Numbered from the stretch's first letter, positions 18,061 through 28,344 are shown. The stretch: 64,000 bases of DNA from Minisyncoccia bacterium (GCA_041742965.1 JBGTNQ010000012.1:1379-65378), one strand, 5' to 3'. Translations and numbers: made by a program. Notes: a model not told the origin generated them from the letters alone.

Positions 18061-18636
18061 ATGCACAAACAGCAAGTCCGCGCCTTGGACAGGGTCGCGG
18101 AGGTCATCTGGCAGAATGGGCTGTCCAAGAACAGCTATCTCTCTCTGGAGAGCATCGTGCTGGTACTCACCTTCATCAGCAAGAGAGACGATACCGGCCA
18201 CATCAGGCAGTTAAACTTCCTGGAATGGTCAATTCTGCTCGAAAGCACCCGGCAGTTGTCTGGCTACGGCAAGTACAACTGGAGAATGCTTTATCTCCTG
18301 GTCTTGAGGATTGGAATCCGTGATTTCCTTTCTCAAGAACCGGCTGGTGGCCTCGAACGCTGTCGGAAAATAGACTGGCTCTCAAGCCTGTCTAGGGAAC
18401 TTTCTCCTCAAGGATTTCTTCGGGAGAATCTCCTGCCCGACAACAGCGGTGAGTTCACAGAAGTTGTGGTCCCACTTCTCGACGTTCTACACCAGAGCGC
18501 CGAAGTGCTGGATGCCAGTCGCCATCTCAAGACGCGAATCATCCGCGCCAAGAAGATGAGACCGACTGCAAGGGTGCGAAAAATCAGATCCTGGTTTGTC
18601 CGCGAAGAACACTGGATGATGGTAGCACATGCCTAG
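18061..18636 (+). CDS. hypothetical protein (191 aa) in a GC-rich islet
   Basis: SD GGAGG is 6 nt upstream of the ATG, and a 13-bp GC hairpin terminator follows at 18675-18708. GC is higher than the flanks. No recognisable domain. Confidence 0.5.
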   Translation: MHKQQVRALDRVAEVIWQNGLSKNSYLSLESIVLVLTFISKRDDTGHIRQLNFLEWSILLESTRQLSGYGKYNWRMLYLLVLRIGIRDFLSQEPAGGLERCRKIDWLSSLSRELSPQGFLRENLLPDNSGEFTEVVVPLLDVLHQSAEVLDASRHLKTRIIRAKKMRPTARVRKIRSWFVREEHWMMVAHA

Positions 18637-18873
18637 AGCGGGAGGAGGAATTTAACTTCCCCCCAATCAGGCCAGAACCCCACGGCGCACTGCGACGCCG
18701 TGGGGTTCTATCATTATATAAACCTTATAAAAGCGGTATTAACCCCGGGGCAAGCCCCAGTCAAAGAGCGTTCGCTCCACTCGCTCTTTGTCGCCCCAAG
18801 GGGCGGGTTATTAACCCTTATATTAGCTCCTCGGCTCGGAAATGAAAAAGATTACTTTTTCATTCCTCTCGCT

Positions 18874-21327
18874 CTACGTCGCTAATAAAAACTCAAAGTC
18901 TTGCGAGGTGAGTTTAATATCGGAACCTGCCTTATACTCTCCTGATATGATACGGTCAGCAATAATCTTTTCTACCGTGTCTTGTATAGCCCTATTTAGA
19001 GGCCTAGCACCAAACTTTTGATCGGTTCCCTTTTCAACCAGAAAGTCTAAAAGTTCTGGGGTAACAGTCAGCGTCATGCCTTTTTCTTTTAGCCTCCACA
19101 TAACGCGTCCGAGCATTTTTTCTGCAACCTTTCGCAATTCTTCGCTCTCTAATGGGTGAAAGAGTATAATCCCATCAAATCTATTTAGAAGTTCCGGTTT
19201 AAATATCCCTTGTTCAATTATTTTTTCTACAATCTCTGTTTTCTTTGCCAAAATATCTCCACCAGATTTCACGGTATCAAATATTTCTGTGCTTGCGGCA
19301 TTTGATGTGGCAATGATGATTGTATTTCGAGCACTTATCTTTCTCCCTGAAGCATCGCTAAACATGCCTTCGTCTAAAATCTGAAGAAATAAATCAAGAA
19401 CTTTTTTGTCAGCTTTTTCAAACTCATCGAGCAAAAGTACACCATATGGTTGTTCTCGGAGCATGCTAGCCAATACTCCCGGTGTATCTGTATCAAATCC
19501 ACCTATGAGACGATTGACGCTATCTTCTGTGCCGTATTCGGACATATCTAGGCGAATGAGAGGAGCTTCAGCACCAAAAAATATTTCCGAGAGAGCCTTT
19601 GTTGTTTCTGTCTTCCCTACACCCGTGGGACCGATGAACAAGAATGAACCTAGGGGCCTGTTTGGATTTGTGAGACCCGAACGCGCTCGACGCAAACTGT
19701 CGCTTATTGCCTGAACAGCCCCCTTCTGACCCACAACTCTTTCATGAAGAAGTTCTTCTAACTTCAAAAGATGGTCCTTTTCTTTTGAAGATATTTCACC
19801 GGTAGGCACCCCTGTCCTAGATTCAACTGCCCGCAATACATCGTCACGAAATATCATATATCCACCACGCTCGTTTGCATATGCTATGGCTTCAATAAGT
19901 AAATCTTCTGCTGTATCAAAAAGTGGCTCGTCAACAAAATATCTTTTTGCACTCTCCACTGATTCAAGAATTGCTAAATAAGAAAAGAAAACATTGTGCT
20001 CCTTTTCAAGAAAAAGGATGGAATCTTCTAGTGTGTGTATGATAGAAAATTCGTCCCCCTCGTCAACTTGTATTTTCTCTACATGTTGCATAAACTCACG
20101 GCGCTTAGAGACAACACGATTGAAATCATCTGTATCTGCGATAGCGATTATTGTCACTTCGGATGATTGTAAAAATCGAACTAAAAGCTCTGAAACATCT
20201 ACTCCCACGGTCTCACCGATATGAATGAAGTTGGCGATATCTGGAATAATGACCACCACATTTCCCGCTCTTGTTGCCTCTCCAAAAAGAGAGAGTAGGA
20301 GACGCTCTAGTGTGGGTGCATCAGTAGATTCGGTAACGAGGTGTTCCTGATCTAATACAAAAAAATGCTTATCGTGTAGCTCTTTTGGAGAAAGCCTACG
20401 CATAATTCTCCTGACTAAACCTTCTACAACCTCCATTTTGCCGACTCCCTCATCACCAACAAGAAGAGCGTTTGACTCAACAGAGCGAGATAAAGCTCTT
20501 TCTAGTTTTTCTATCTCACTAGCATGTAATTCATTTTCTTGATATGGAGAAAATACCAAAGGGGTGCTCATCCTCATCAAGGTATAAGCCTTGCCATAAG
20601 ACCAGTCCCTTCCTAGTCGAGGAAGGGTTTCCAACTTTTCTCTAGACCACCATCTCTCTATAGACATTCTTTTTCTCTCCTCACGTATGGTCCATAGAGC
20701 CGAAGAGATCAATGTTTTTTCACTTATTCCATGGGTAATTAAAAGATGCTCAAACTCTTTATCTCCACGCACGAGGGCCTTTAGATAACTTGAGAAAATA
20801 TCACCAGAGGTATCGAAAATAAAATTTTCTGCGTTTAAAAAGACTTTCCTTTTTGAAGCAAAATCTTTTATTGCCTTTACATCCAATCCAACCCTAAGAA
20901 GTATGTATTTTCCTATATTAGAACGCAGAAAGCCTCCAGTTATGTCTTTACTTTTTGTTTTTGAAATAATGTCTGCGAGTTCAAAAAGGTTTTTCTCTTT
21001 AGTATTATCTTCAAAGGCGTATGAGTAAAAAAAAGCATCTAAAGCAACGATAATAAGAAAGAAGAAAACCGATAGAAAGAAAAGAGCCGTCAACTCGCTT
21101 GCCGAAGTGAAGAATATATTTGAAGAGAGAATAAGTAAAAGAATAGAGAGGGCACCAAGTATTTTTTTGAAATAAAGTCTTGTTTTATGTTCTATAAAAC
21201 TCTCCAAAGCAAAAACTGGCATAAATCTTCGAGTCTTTTGTTTTAGGGTTTCAAAGTTCATTAAGAAAAGATAAATCGTAAAGATATGGCCAATATGAAC
21301 GGAAGGATAATCGGATAAATTATCCAA
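18874..21327 (-). CDS. membrane-anchored ClpA/B/C-family AAA+ ATPase with a degenerate first NBD
   Basis: Two N-terminal TM helices. D1 Walker A reads GDEGVGKM and Walker B reads IIPDI, both degenerate. D2 is intact ([18 protein letters not shown], sensor-2). The start may instead be the internal Met at 21261. Confidence 0.75.
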   Translation of the reverse strand: MDNLSDYPSVHIGHIFTIYLFLMNFETLKQKTRRFMPVFALESFIEHKTRLYFKKILGALSILLLILSSNIFFTSASELTALFFLSVFFFLIIVALDAFFYSYAFEDNTKEKNLFELADIISKTKSKDITGGFLRSNIGKYILLRVGLDVKAIKDFASKRKVFLNAENFIFDTSGDIFSSYLKALVRGDKEFEHLLITHGISEKTLISSALWTIREERKRMSIERWWSREKLETLPRLGRDWSYGKAYTLMRMSTPLVFSPYQENELHASEIEKLERALSRSVESNALLVGDEGVGKMEVVEGLVRRIMRRLSPKELHDKHFFVLDQEHLVTESTDAPTLERLLLSLFGEATRAGNVVVIIPDIANFIHIGETVGVDVSELLVRFLQSSEVTIIAIADTDDFNRVVSKRREFMQHVEKIQVDEGDEFSIIHTLEDSILFLEKEHNVFFSYLAILESVESAKRYFVDEPLFDTAEDLLIEAIAYANERGGYMIFRDDVLRAVESRTGVPTGEISSKEKDHLLKLEELLHERVVGQKGAVQAISDSLRRARSGLTNPNRPLGSFLFIGPTGVGKTETTKALSEIFFGAEAPLIRLDMSEYGTEDSVNRLIGGFDTDTPGVLASMLREQPYGVLLLDEFEKADKKVLDLFLQILDEGMFSDASGRKISARNTIIIATSNAASTEIFDTVKSGGDILAKKTEIVEKIIEQGIFKPELLNRFDGIILFHPLESEELRKVAEKMLGRVMWRLKEKGMTLTVTPELLDFLVEKGTDQKFGARPLNRAIQDTVEKIIADRIISGEYKAGSDIKLTSQDFEFLLAT

Positions 21328-21650
21328 AGGATTAAGATTATTAACCCAACGAGCATCCCCATTACTAGAGAGAAAAAACCCATAACTAACACACTGGCCC
21401 GAACAAAAAAACCAAAAGCTCTCATAATCGAATTTATCAAGAAAGACACCAAGGCCTCTTTTGGATGGAAACCGGACCTATACCCCTCACCCATCCTCTC
21501 CCACGGAGAAAAGAGGGTTTTAAACAATACAGATAAAGAAAAGAAGTCGGCTAAAAAATGAATAGCGTGGAGGATATTGTTAGTCAAATCCCTTATTCCC
21601 CTCGTATAATGCCAACGAAAATAGTTTGGAAGAAATAGAATTGCATCCAT
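21261..21650 (-). CDS. hypothetical small membrane protein
   Basis: 129-aa ORF with a hydrophobic C-terminal half. No family recognised. Overlaps the upstream end of the Clp-like ORF. Confidence 0.35.
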   Translation of the reverse strand: MDAILFLPNYFRWHYTRGIRDLTNNILHAIHFLADFFSLSVLFKTLFSPWERMGEGYRSGFHPKEALVSFLINSIMRAFGFFVRASVLVMGFFSLVMGMLVGLIILILWIIYPIILPFILAISLRFIFS

Positions 21651-21714
21651 GTATATAGTATAGCGTGCTATTTTTAAGAAAACAGAAGACTGTGGTGGAT
21701 TAGAATCTAAAAAA

Positions 21715-22536
21715 CTACTCTCCTTTTCTCACAAAAAACACCCTATTGCCATAACGCAAATCTAAAGAATGGACATTTAGACCAGATTCGGAGCGCAAAG
21801 AAAGATTTGGATCAGAGATTACGGAAGATAAGTTCAACGCGGTCTGAGATAAAGGCACTAGGGTAGTGATTATAATTTTTTCATTAGTAGAGAGAAAGAT
21901 CTCATACTCATTTTCAACAAGCTTTTTTACTAAAACAGGAGTCAAATCCAGAGAACGAAGAAAGGAAAGGAAGTCTCTAAATTGAATGAAGGTCTCTTCG
22001 TCCATAATCCGAGAAGTGATTTTCTTCTCACTGTCACCATTTTCTAATTCACCACGAAACGATACGAAAACTTCATCAGTAAACTCTGGAGCCTTATCAA
22101 ATATAAGTCCAGTCTTATCAAGAAAAAAACATCCTCCCTCGTCATCGCACCACAAGGCATCTGGCTCTCTCTCTTTTATATTTATAGAAAGAGTCTGGAA
22201 ATTCTCTATAGAAATATCAACTTCACTAATGCGAAAAAATTTTTCTTCTAATAATTTCTTAGTATCTTTCTTGGAAAAAAGTAAAATATTGTTTTTTGGA
22301 TAAATACCAAAATAATTATCATCTAAAGAGCCGAGAACCAGAGAACGAACCTCTCCTTCGGGAACTACCCGCGTCCCGGATACGGTGATATTAGTAATGT
22401 GTATAGAAGAAAGACGCCCGATGATTGCAGGCAAAGCGATAATAAACAAAACAAGGAAAGAGAGAAGTGTCCATTTTAGGATAAGGCGCCTCCTTCTTTT
22501 TTTCATCAACCGTGAAGGGTGTGACTTCCTAAGCAT
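21715..22536 (-). CDS. ftsQ: FtsQ/DivIB-like cell-division protein (TM + POTRA)
   Basis: Basic N-terminus, one TM, then a POTRA-like ITNITVSGTRVVPEGEVRSLV. Confidence 0.5.
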   Translation of the reverse strand: MLRKSHPSRLMKKRRRRLILKWTLLSFLVLFIIALPAIIGRLSSIHITNITVSGTRVVPEGEVRSLVLGSLDDNYFGIYPKNNILLFSKKDTKKLLEEKFFRISEVDISIENFQTLSINIKEREPDALWCDDEGGCFFLDKTGLIFDKAPEFTDEVFVSFRGELENGDSEKKITSRIMDEETFIQFRDFLSFLRSLDLTPVLVKKLVENEYEIFLSTNEKIIITTLVPLSQTALNLSSVISDPNLSLRSESGLNVHSLDLRYGNRVFFVRKGE

Positions 22537-22540
22537 AATC

Positions 22541-23812
22541 TTACTTTTTAGAAATTATTGAACGGTCTCCCATATATTTTTGAAGCACTTCAGGGATTTT
22601 GACCGAGCCATCGGCCTGTTGAAAGTTTTCTACCAAAGACACCAATATGCGAGGAGTTGGAATCGCCGTGGCATTTAAAGAGTGGACATATTTCATCTTT
22701 CCATCGCTGTCTTTGTATCGAATATTAAAACGCCTAGTTTGAAAATCATGATAATAGGAAGCACTGGCGATCTCTCTATAAGCTTCTTCTTTTGGAACCC
22801 AAAGCTCTGTGTCATAGGACTTAACATGAGCGCCCTTCAAATCTCCAGTACAAATGACGACCTGACGATATGGGATACCTAGTGACTCTATAAACTCTTC
22901 TGTGTTTCTATTTAATTCTTCGTGAAATTTTACAGATTCATCATGACTGGCTTCACATAGAACCAACTGCTCCCACTTATAAAACTCATGAACACGGATA
23001 AGGCCCTTAACATCTTTGCTGTAACTTCCCACTTCCCTTCTAAAACATGGTGAAAAAGCGAGATATCTTTTTGGTAATTCTTCTTTCAATAAAACCTCAT
23101 TGGCATGATATGCCATCATCGGTATTTCGGCGGTACCCGCTAAATACTGATCGTCTTGTGTCTGAAAAATATCATCTGCATCTCCAGGAAGGTGTCCTGT
23201 GCCGTACAAATATTCTTTGTTCACAATGGCGGGGGCGATAAATGGATTAAAATTTTTCTTTAAAAAGAAATCCCGAGCATAGTTCCATACAGCCCAAGAA
23301 AGTAAAGCTCCATCATTTTTTAAAAAATAACCACGAAAACCATGTGTCTTTGTACCTCTATCAAAGTCAGCCATATCCAAATCAGTCATAAGTTCGATAT
23401 GGTCCTTGGCAGGAAAATCAAACTTTGGCTTTTCGCCCCATATCTTTAGCTCCTTGTTACCCTCATCACTATCCCCTTCTGGTACAGACATGTCTGGCAT
23501 ATTGGGAATCTGAAGCATCAAAGATTGCCACTCTTTCATTATCTCTCTAAGAGATTCTTCATCTTTTTGAAGAGAAGCCTTCACTTTTTGCATATCAGCA
23601 ATAAACCCCACCTTTAGACTTGAGTTTTTCTCGTTTACAATCTTGTCACTCATTTCATTCTGAACCATTCGTGCACTTTCTACTCTAGACAAAACTTCTC
23701 TCCGTTTATCATCTAGAGAAATTAAAGCATCCACATCAACCTTTACTCGTTTTTTACGGGCACCTTCGAGCACAAGATCTTTATTTTCACGAATGAATTT
23801 TATATCTAACAT
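22541..23812 (-). CDS. serS: seryl-tRNA synthetase
   Basis: N-terminal coiled-coil arm plus the class II core (motif 2/3 region FRRE..., GSG..R). Confidence 0.9.
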   Translation of the reverse strand: MLDIKFIRENKDLVLEGARKKRVKVDVDALISLDDKRREVLSRVESARMVQNEMSDKIVNEKNSSLKVGFIADMQKVKASLQKDEESLREIMKEWQSLMLQIPNMPDMSVPEGDSDEGNKELKIWGEKPKFDFPAKDHIELMTDLDMADFDRGTKTHGFRGYFLKNDGALLSWAVWNYARDFFLKKNFNPFIAPAIVNKEYLYGTGHLPGDADDIFQTQDDQYLAGTAEIPMMAYHANEVLLKEELPKRYLAFSPCFRREVGSYSKDVKGLIRVHEFYKWEQLVLCEASHDESVKFHEELNRNTEEFIESLGIPYRQVVICTGDLKGAHVKSYDTELWVPKEEAYREIASASYYHDFQTRRFNIRYKDSDGKMKYVHSLNATAIPTPRILVSLVENFQQADGSVKIPEVLQKYMGDRSIISKK

Positions 23813-23904
23813 GGTTGATTTGATTTATAACCAGCAGTCCCGAACCTCCACAAGGCCTACCCTAATGACACTATGGTAGCAAAAATTGATAGAATAGAAA
23901 ATAT

Positions 23905-24762
23905 ATGAATTACTCAATATCAAAGTTAAATAAAAATGAATTTCCAGCCCTCTTGGAAGAAGTTCCTGACTCCCCTGAAAAACTTTTCCTAGTTGGCACT
24001 TTACCACCCAAAGAAAACAAAATACTTTGCGTAGTAGGCTCAAGAAAACACACAGAATACGGTCGTGAAGTGTGTGAATATCTAATAAAAGGACTGGCTG
24101 GTTTTCCGGTTTCTATCATTTCTGGATTGGCGCTAGGTATTGACTCGATTGCTCACAGAAGTGCCATCAAAAACAACCTACACACTGTTGCGATCCCGGG
24201 TTCTGGACTTGATCAAAAAGTTCTCTATCCACAAAGTCACAGAGGTCTCGCAGAAGATATTGTGTCTTCTGGCGGAGGTCTCCTCTCAGAATTTGAAAAC
24301 GATATGAAGGCAACCCAGTGGAGCTTTCCACAGCGTAATCGCATTATGGCAGGGATGAGTCATGCTGTACTAGTTATTGAAGCAGAAGAAAAGTCCGGCA
24401 CACTTATAACTTCGAAACTCGCCACAGAATATAACAGGGACGTATTCGCTGTACCTGGGCCTATTTTTTCTAAACAGTCAGAGGGGCCCCATATGCTTAT
24501 AAGACTTGGTGCCACTCCAATACGAAAACCCGAAGACTTGATAAGCGCCTTGGGCTTTGAAAATTTAGAACTCAAACCTCAAAAATATTCGCCAGAAAAT
24601 ACAGAGGAAAAAGTAATTATAAAAATACTTGAAGTACCAAAATCGCGTGACGAAATCATACGCGAAAGTGGTCTTCCTGCCTTTGCAGTAAACGGCACAT
24701 TGGCTGTCCTTGAAATAAAGGGAGTGATAACAGAATCTATGGGAGAGATAAGATTAAATTAG
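23905..24762 (+). CDS. dprA: DNA-processing protein DprA/Smf
   Basis: Rossmann-like core with GLALGIDSIAHRSAI...AIPGSGLD...GTLITS. Confidence 0.85.
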   Translation: MNYSISKLNKNEFPALLEEVPDSPEKLFLVGTLPPKENKILCVVGSRKHTEYGREVCEYLIKGLAGFPVSIISGLALGIDSIAHRSAIKNNLHTVAIPGSGLDQKVLYPQSHRGLAEDIVSSGGGLLSEFENDMKATQWSFPQRNRIMAGMSHAVLVIEAEEKSGTLITSKLATEYNRDVFAVPGPIFSKQSEGPHMLIRLGATPIRKPEDLISALGFENLELKPQKYSPENTEEKVIIKILEVPKSRDEIIRESGLPAFAVNGTLAVLEIKGVITESMGEIRLN

Positions 24763-24834
24763 CAAAAAAAACAACGCGCAACGAATACTAAAATAAAAAC
24801 AAAATTTGCATTCAAAAACTATTCGTAGTATTAA

Positions 24835-27027
24835 TTGACCCTAATGGCAAAAGGTAATGGAAAAAAACTTCTGATTGTCGAGTCGCCGGCGAAAGCAAAA
24901 ACAATCTCAAAATATCTAGACGGCGAATATGAAGTAGTCGCTTCTATTGGGCATGTTCGTGATTTACCTAAAACAAATAAAAAGGCAATAGATATTGAGG
25001 GAGGCTTCATTCCACACTATGAAATATCTAAAGGTAAAGAAAAAGTAATAAGTGAAATAAGAAAATTAGCAGGAGGAGCAGAAGATGTCATCCTGGCCAC
25101 AGACCCCGACCGTGAAGGAGAGGCTATAGCTTGGCATATTAGTGAGGCTGTGGGCCTTAAAAATCCAAAGAGGGTAGTCTTCCACGAAATCACCAAAGAG
25201 GCGGTAACAGAGGCAATAAAGCATCCACGGGATATTGATTTAAACCTTAAGATTGCCCAAGAGGCGCGCCGAGTACTGGACCGACTAGTTGGATACGACC
25301 TATCTGGACTTATTTGGAAAAAGGTCAGATACGGCCTTTCTGCTGGCCGTGTCCAATCTCCTGCACTCCGCATCATCATGGAGCGAGAGAGAGAAATCCG
25401 AGCTTTTAAACCTGAAACATTCTGGACAATATCCGCTGACTTTACCACAGAGAAAAATCTAATGATCACCTTGATCTGTGATGAAGAACCTAGAGAAGAA
25501 AAGGGAGTTATAAATATTTTAGACACAGCCAAAAAAGAACCTTGGTCAATTATTGATATAAAAGAGACAACAGTAAAAAGATCTCCTCGACCCCCCTTCA
25601 TCACTTCAACACTTCAACAAACAGCCAGTTCTAGATTAGGGTTTTCTCCTTCACGGACAATGGGTGTGGCACAAAAGCTTTATGAAGCTGGACTCATTAC
25701 ATATATGCGTACCGACAGCACCAACTTAGGGTCTCAGGCCAAAAAACAGATTGAGGAAGTAATAAAAAACAAGTTTGGAAAACAATACTACGAACCACAC
25801 TCTTATAGTAAGAAAAGTAAAAATGCTCAAGAAGCTCATGAAGCAATAAGACCCACAGACTTCGGGAAAGAAACTGGTGGTATAAATGAAGAACAGAAAA
25901 AACTCTATAATCTCATCTGGGCCAGAACAGTTGCCTCTCAGATGGTCTCCGCCGATACTCTTCGTACAAAAATAAGTGCCAATGTTAAAAGTGCTTCAAT
26001 ACCTAATTTTTCTATAACTGGATCCCGTGTCATATTTGATGGGTGGCTCATCGCTGATCCAAGGGCACGACAAGAGGATGTGGAGCTCCCAAAATTATTG
26101 AAAGGCGAAAATATCATACTCAAAGATATAAAAAGTGAAGAAAAGGAGACTACCCCACCCGCCAGATATTCAGAAGCTGGACTCGTAAAAGAACTTGAAA
26201 AAAGAGGCATAGGTAGACCTTCAACATACGCCTCAATAATAAAAACTATTATAGATAGAGGCTATGTACTAAAAGAACAGCGTGCGCTCGTACCGACGGA
26301 CACAGGGGATGTGGTGAGTTCTTTTCTCGAAGGAAATTTCGGAGACTATATAAGCGACACCTTTACCGCAGAGATGGAGAACAAGCTTGATGATATTGCT
26401 ATTGGTAAAAGAGAGTATGTAAAGACACTTTCTGATTTTTACAAACCATTTTTGAAAGATATAAAATCTAAAGATAAGTTGGAGAAACTAACAAATATGG
26501 GCGTGGCTGATGCAAAGTGGAAGTGTCCAAAATGCGGAAGTGGAATGATTATTAAGCTCGGAAAAAATGGCCGTTTCTTATCTTGTGATAAATTCCCTGA
26601 CTGCACAGGAGCACGAACTATAGATGGTGAAGAGATAATGGGGCCCAAAGATACGGGAGAACTTTGCCCAGAATGTGGTAAGGCTAACTTAGTAGAGCGC
26701 GACGGCCGATTTGGAAGATTTATAGCATGTGGCAGATACCCAAAATGTAAATTTGTAAAAGAAGACCCAGAAGCCAGAAAAAAACTACTAACAGGTGTTA
26801 AGTGCCCTGTATGTAAGGACGGAGAAATGATGGAAAGAAGGGGACGATTTGGTATTTTCTATTCCTGTAGTAACTATCCCAGTTGTAAAAATGCAATAAA
26901 AGCTAAGCCAACAGGAAACATGTGCCCTATGTGCAATTCCCTCATGATGGATGGCACGAAAACTATACCAGAACGCTGTAGTAACAAGAGCTGTGCAAAC
27001 CACAACCCGCATAAACTAATGAAGTAG
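24835..27027 (+). CDS. topA: DNA topoisomerase I with C-terminal zinc ribbons
   Basis: TOPRIM motifs LLIVESPAKAKTI and DPDREGEAIAWH, the catalytic region, and four C4 zinc ribbons. Confidence 0.9.
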   Translation: MTLMAKGNGKKLLIVESPAKAKTISKYLDGEYEVVASIGHVRDLPKTNKKAIDIEGGFIPHYEISKGKEKVISEIRKLAGGAEDVILATDPDREGEAIAWHISEAVGLKNPKRVVFHEITKEAVTEAIKHPRDIDLNLKIAQEARRVLDRLVGYDLSGLIWKKVRYGLSAGRVQSPALRIIMEREREIRAFKPETFWTISADFTTEKNLMITLICDEEPREEKGVINILDTAKKEPWSIIDIKETTVKRSPRPPFITSTLQQTASSRLGFSPSRTMGVAQKLYEAGLITYMRTDSTNLGSQAKKQIEEVIKNKFGKQYYEPHSYSKKSKNAQEAHEAIRPTDFGKETGGINEEQKKLYNLIWARTVASQMVSADTLRTKISANVKSASIPNFSITGSRVIFDGWLIADPRARQEDVELPKLLKGENIILKDIKSEEKETTPPARYSEAGLVKELEKRGIGRPSTYASIIKTIIDRGYVLKEQRALVPTDTGDVVSSFLEGNFGDYISDTFTAEMENKLDDIAIGKREYVKTLSDFYKPFLKDIKSKDKLEKLTNMGVADAKWKCPKCGSGMIIKLGKNGRFLSCDKFPDCTGARTIDGEEIMGPKDTGELCPECGKANLVERDGRFGRFIACGRYPKCKFVKEDPEARKKLLTGVKCPVCKDGEMMERRGRFGIFYSCSNYPSCKNAIKAKPTGNMCPMCNSLMMDGTKTIPERCSNKSCANHNPHKLMK

Positions 27028-27031
27028 ATTT

Positions 27032-27158
27032 GGAAGTGCGCAGTCTTCACTGCATACGCGCAAGTTTTCGTGAGACGGAGGCATATTTTTTCAGCAGAAA
27101 AAATGCCGAGTCGGGGTCGCAGAACCCCGCCCCTGACGAGGGGCGGGGTATTTGTGAC
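27032..27158 (+). repeat. element E1 (~127 nt) inserted at the topA 3' end, flanked by 75-nt direct repeats (26957..27031 and 27159..27233)
   Basis: The repeat cgaaaactatacc...gaagtagattt, which includes the topA stop codon, occurs twice. The insert carries ttttttcagcagaaaaaa and ccgagtcggggtcgcag and ends atttgtgacc. Confidence 0.65.
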
Positions 27159-27233
27159 CGAAAACTATACCAGAACGCTGTAGTAACAAGAGCTGTGCAA
27201 ACCACAACCCGCATAAACTAATGAAGTAGATTT

Positions 27234-28229
27234 TTATATTGAAAAGTTGCTGACAGAATAAAGAGAATCATCTTGGTTCTCTTCTTTTTGTTTTTCCTCG
27301 TCTGAGCGATCGTCTACTGGCCCTACCAGGGTTTCATCTTTCTCTACTGGCAAATTTTGAGCTTCTTCAAATTTATTGAGAACTTCATTTGGATTTTTCT
27401 GAGAATTACTTTTGATAATAGCTAGAAGACTCCTTAGGTCGTCGCTATTGAAAAAATCTATCAAAATCTTTCCCCCGACATCCTTTCGTTCAATCTGAAC
27501 CCTGGTGCCGAGCGCCTCACGAAGCTTTTCTTCAAGATCGATAATCTCTGGATCAATCGCCAGTTCCTTTTTTCTCACCCTATCAAAAGCAATCCTGCGT
27601 GCAATACCCTCTGCTTCACGCACGGTAAGTTTTTTCAAAGTAATTTCTTTAAACAAAACCAGCTGCTCCTCTGGTCTATCAGTAAGCATCAAAAGAGGTC
27701 TAGTATGACCTTCTGAGAGTTTGCCCTGACTAACTGCATTCAACATCTCTTCTGGCAAAGAAAGTAGGCGTAATGTATTAGACACATACTCTCTACTTTT
27801 GCCAACTTTCTGTGCAATAGTGACATGCTTAAAACCAAACTCATTTGCTAGGCGCTCAAATGCTCTGGCTCTGTCAATTGGATTCAAATCTTCACGCTGG
27901 ATATTTTCAATAATAGCCAACTCAAGTTTCATCAAATCCGTATCGTCTCCAGTTTTTATAAGGACGGGAACCTGAGAAAGACCAGCGATACGAGAAGCCC
28001 TGAGTCTTCGCTCTCCAGCGATGAGTTCGTATTTCACACCGAGACCGCCGTCTTCTTTTTGAAATTCCTTGCGAGTGACGACTAGGGCCTGTAAAACTCC
28101 GTATTGGCGAATAGAGTCAGCCAGACTCTGAAGTTCTGGTTCGCTGAACTCTCGACGAGGCTGAAAGGGGTTTGGTTCAATTTTGTCTACTTCAACCCAG
28201 AATATTGAGTCATTATAGAATTGGGACAT
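27234..28229 (-). CDS. parB: ParB/Spo0J chromosome-partitioning protein
   Basis: ParB box GERRLRA, an HTH and a C-terminal acidic tail. Confidence 0.85.
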   Translation of the reverse strand: MSQFYNDSIFWVEVDKIEPNPFQPRREFSEPELQSLADSIRQYGVLQALVVTRKEFQKEDGGLGVKYELIAGERRLRASRIAGLSQVPVLIKTGDDTDLMKLELAIIENIQREDLNPIDRARAFERLANEFGFKHVTIAQKVGKSREYVSNTLRLLSLPEEMLNAVSQGKLSEGHTRPLLMLTDRPEEQLVLFKEITLKKLTVREAEGIARRIAFDRVRKKELAIDPEIIDLEEKLREALGTRVQIERKDVGGKILIDFFNSDDLRSLLAIIKSNSQKNPNEVLNKFEEAQNLPVEKDETLVGPVDDRSDEEKQKEENQDDSLYSVSNFSI

Positions 28230-28242
28230 GGGGATATTATAA

Positions 28243-28270
28243 CCTACAACCTACAACCTACAACCTACAA
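28243..28270. repeat. tandem heptamer (acctaca)x4
   Basis: acctacaacctacaacctacaacctaca lies immediately upstream of the parB start. Confidence 0.8.
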
Positions 28271-28344
28271 TAAATGATCCTTGTATTGTTTGTATTTGAA
28301 TTTTGTTGTAAGTTGTAAGTCGTTAGTAGTTATTTTGCTTAGTT

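Noticed and set aside
24763-24834. Possible inverted repeat cgaatacta ... tagtattcg upstream of topA
   Set aside because: On re-reading, the two arms are not true reverse complements (gaatacta vs ctattcgtagtatt). It is probably just AT-rich promoter sequence.
27030-27221. ORF 27030..27221 (+) of 63 aa
   Set aside because: Lies inside the topA-associated element and its duplicated repeat. Spurious.
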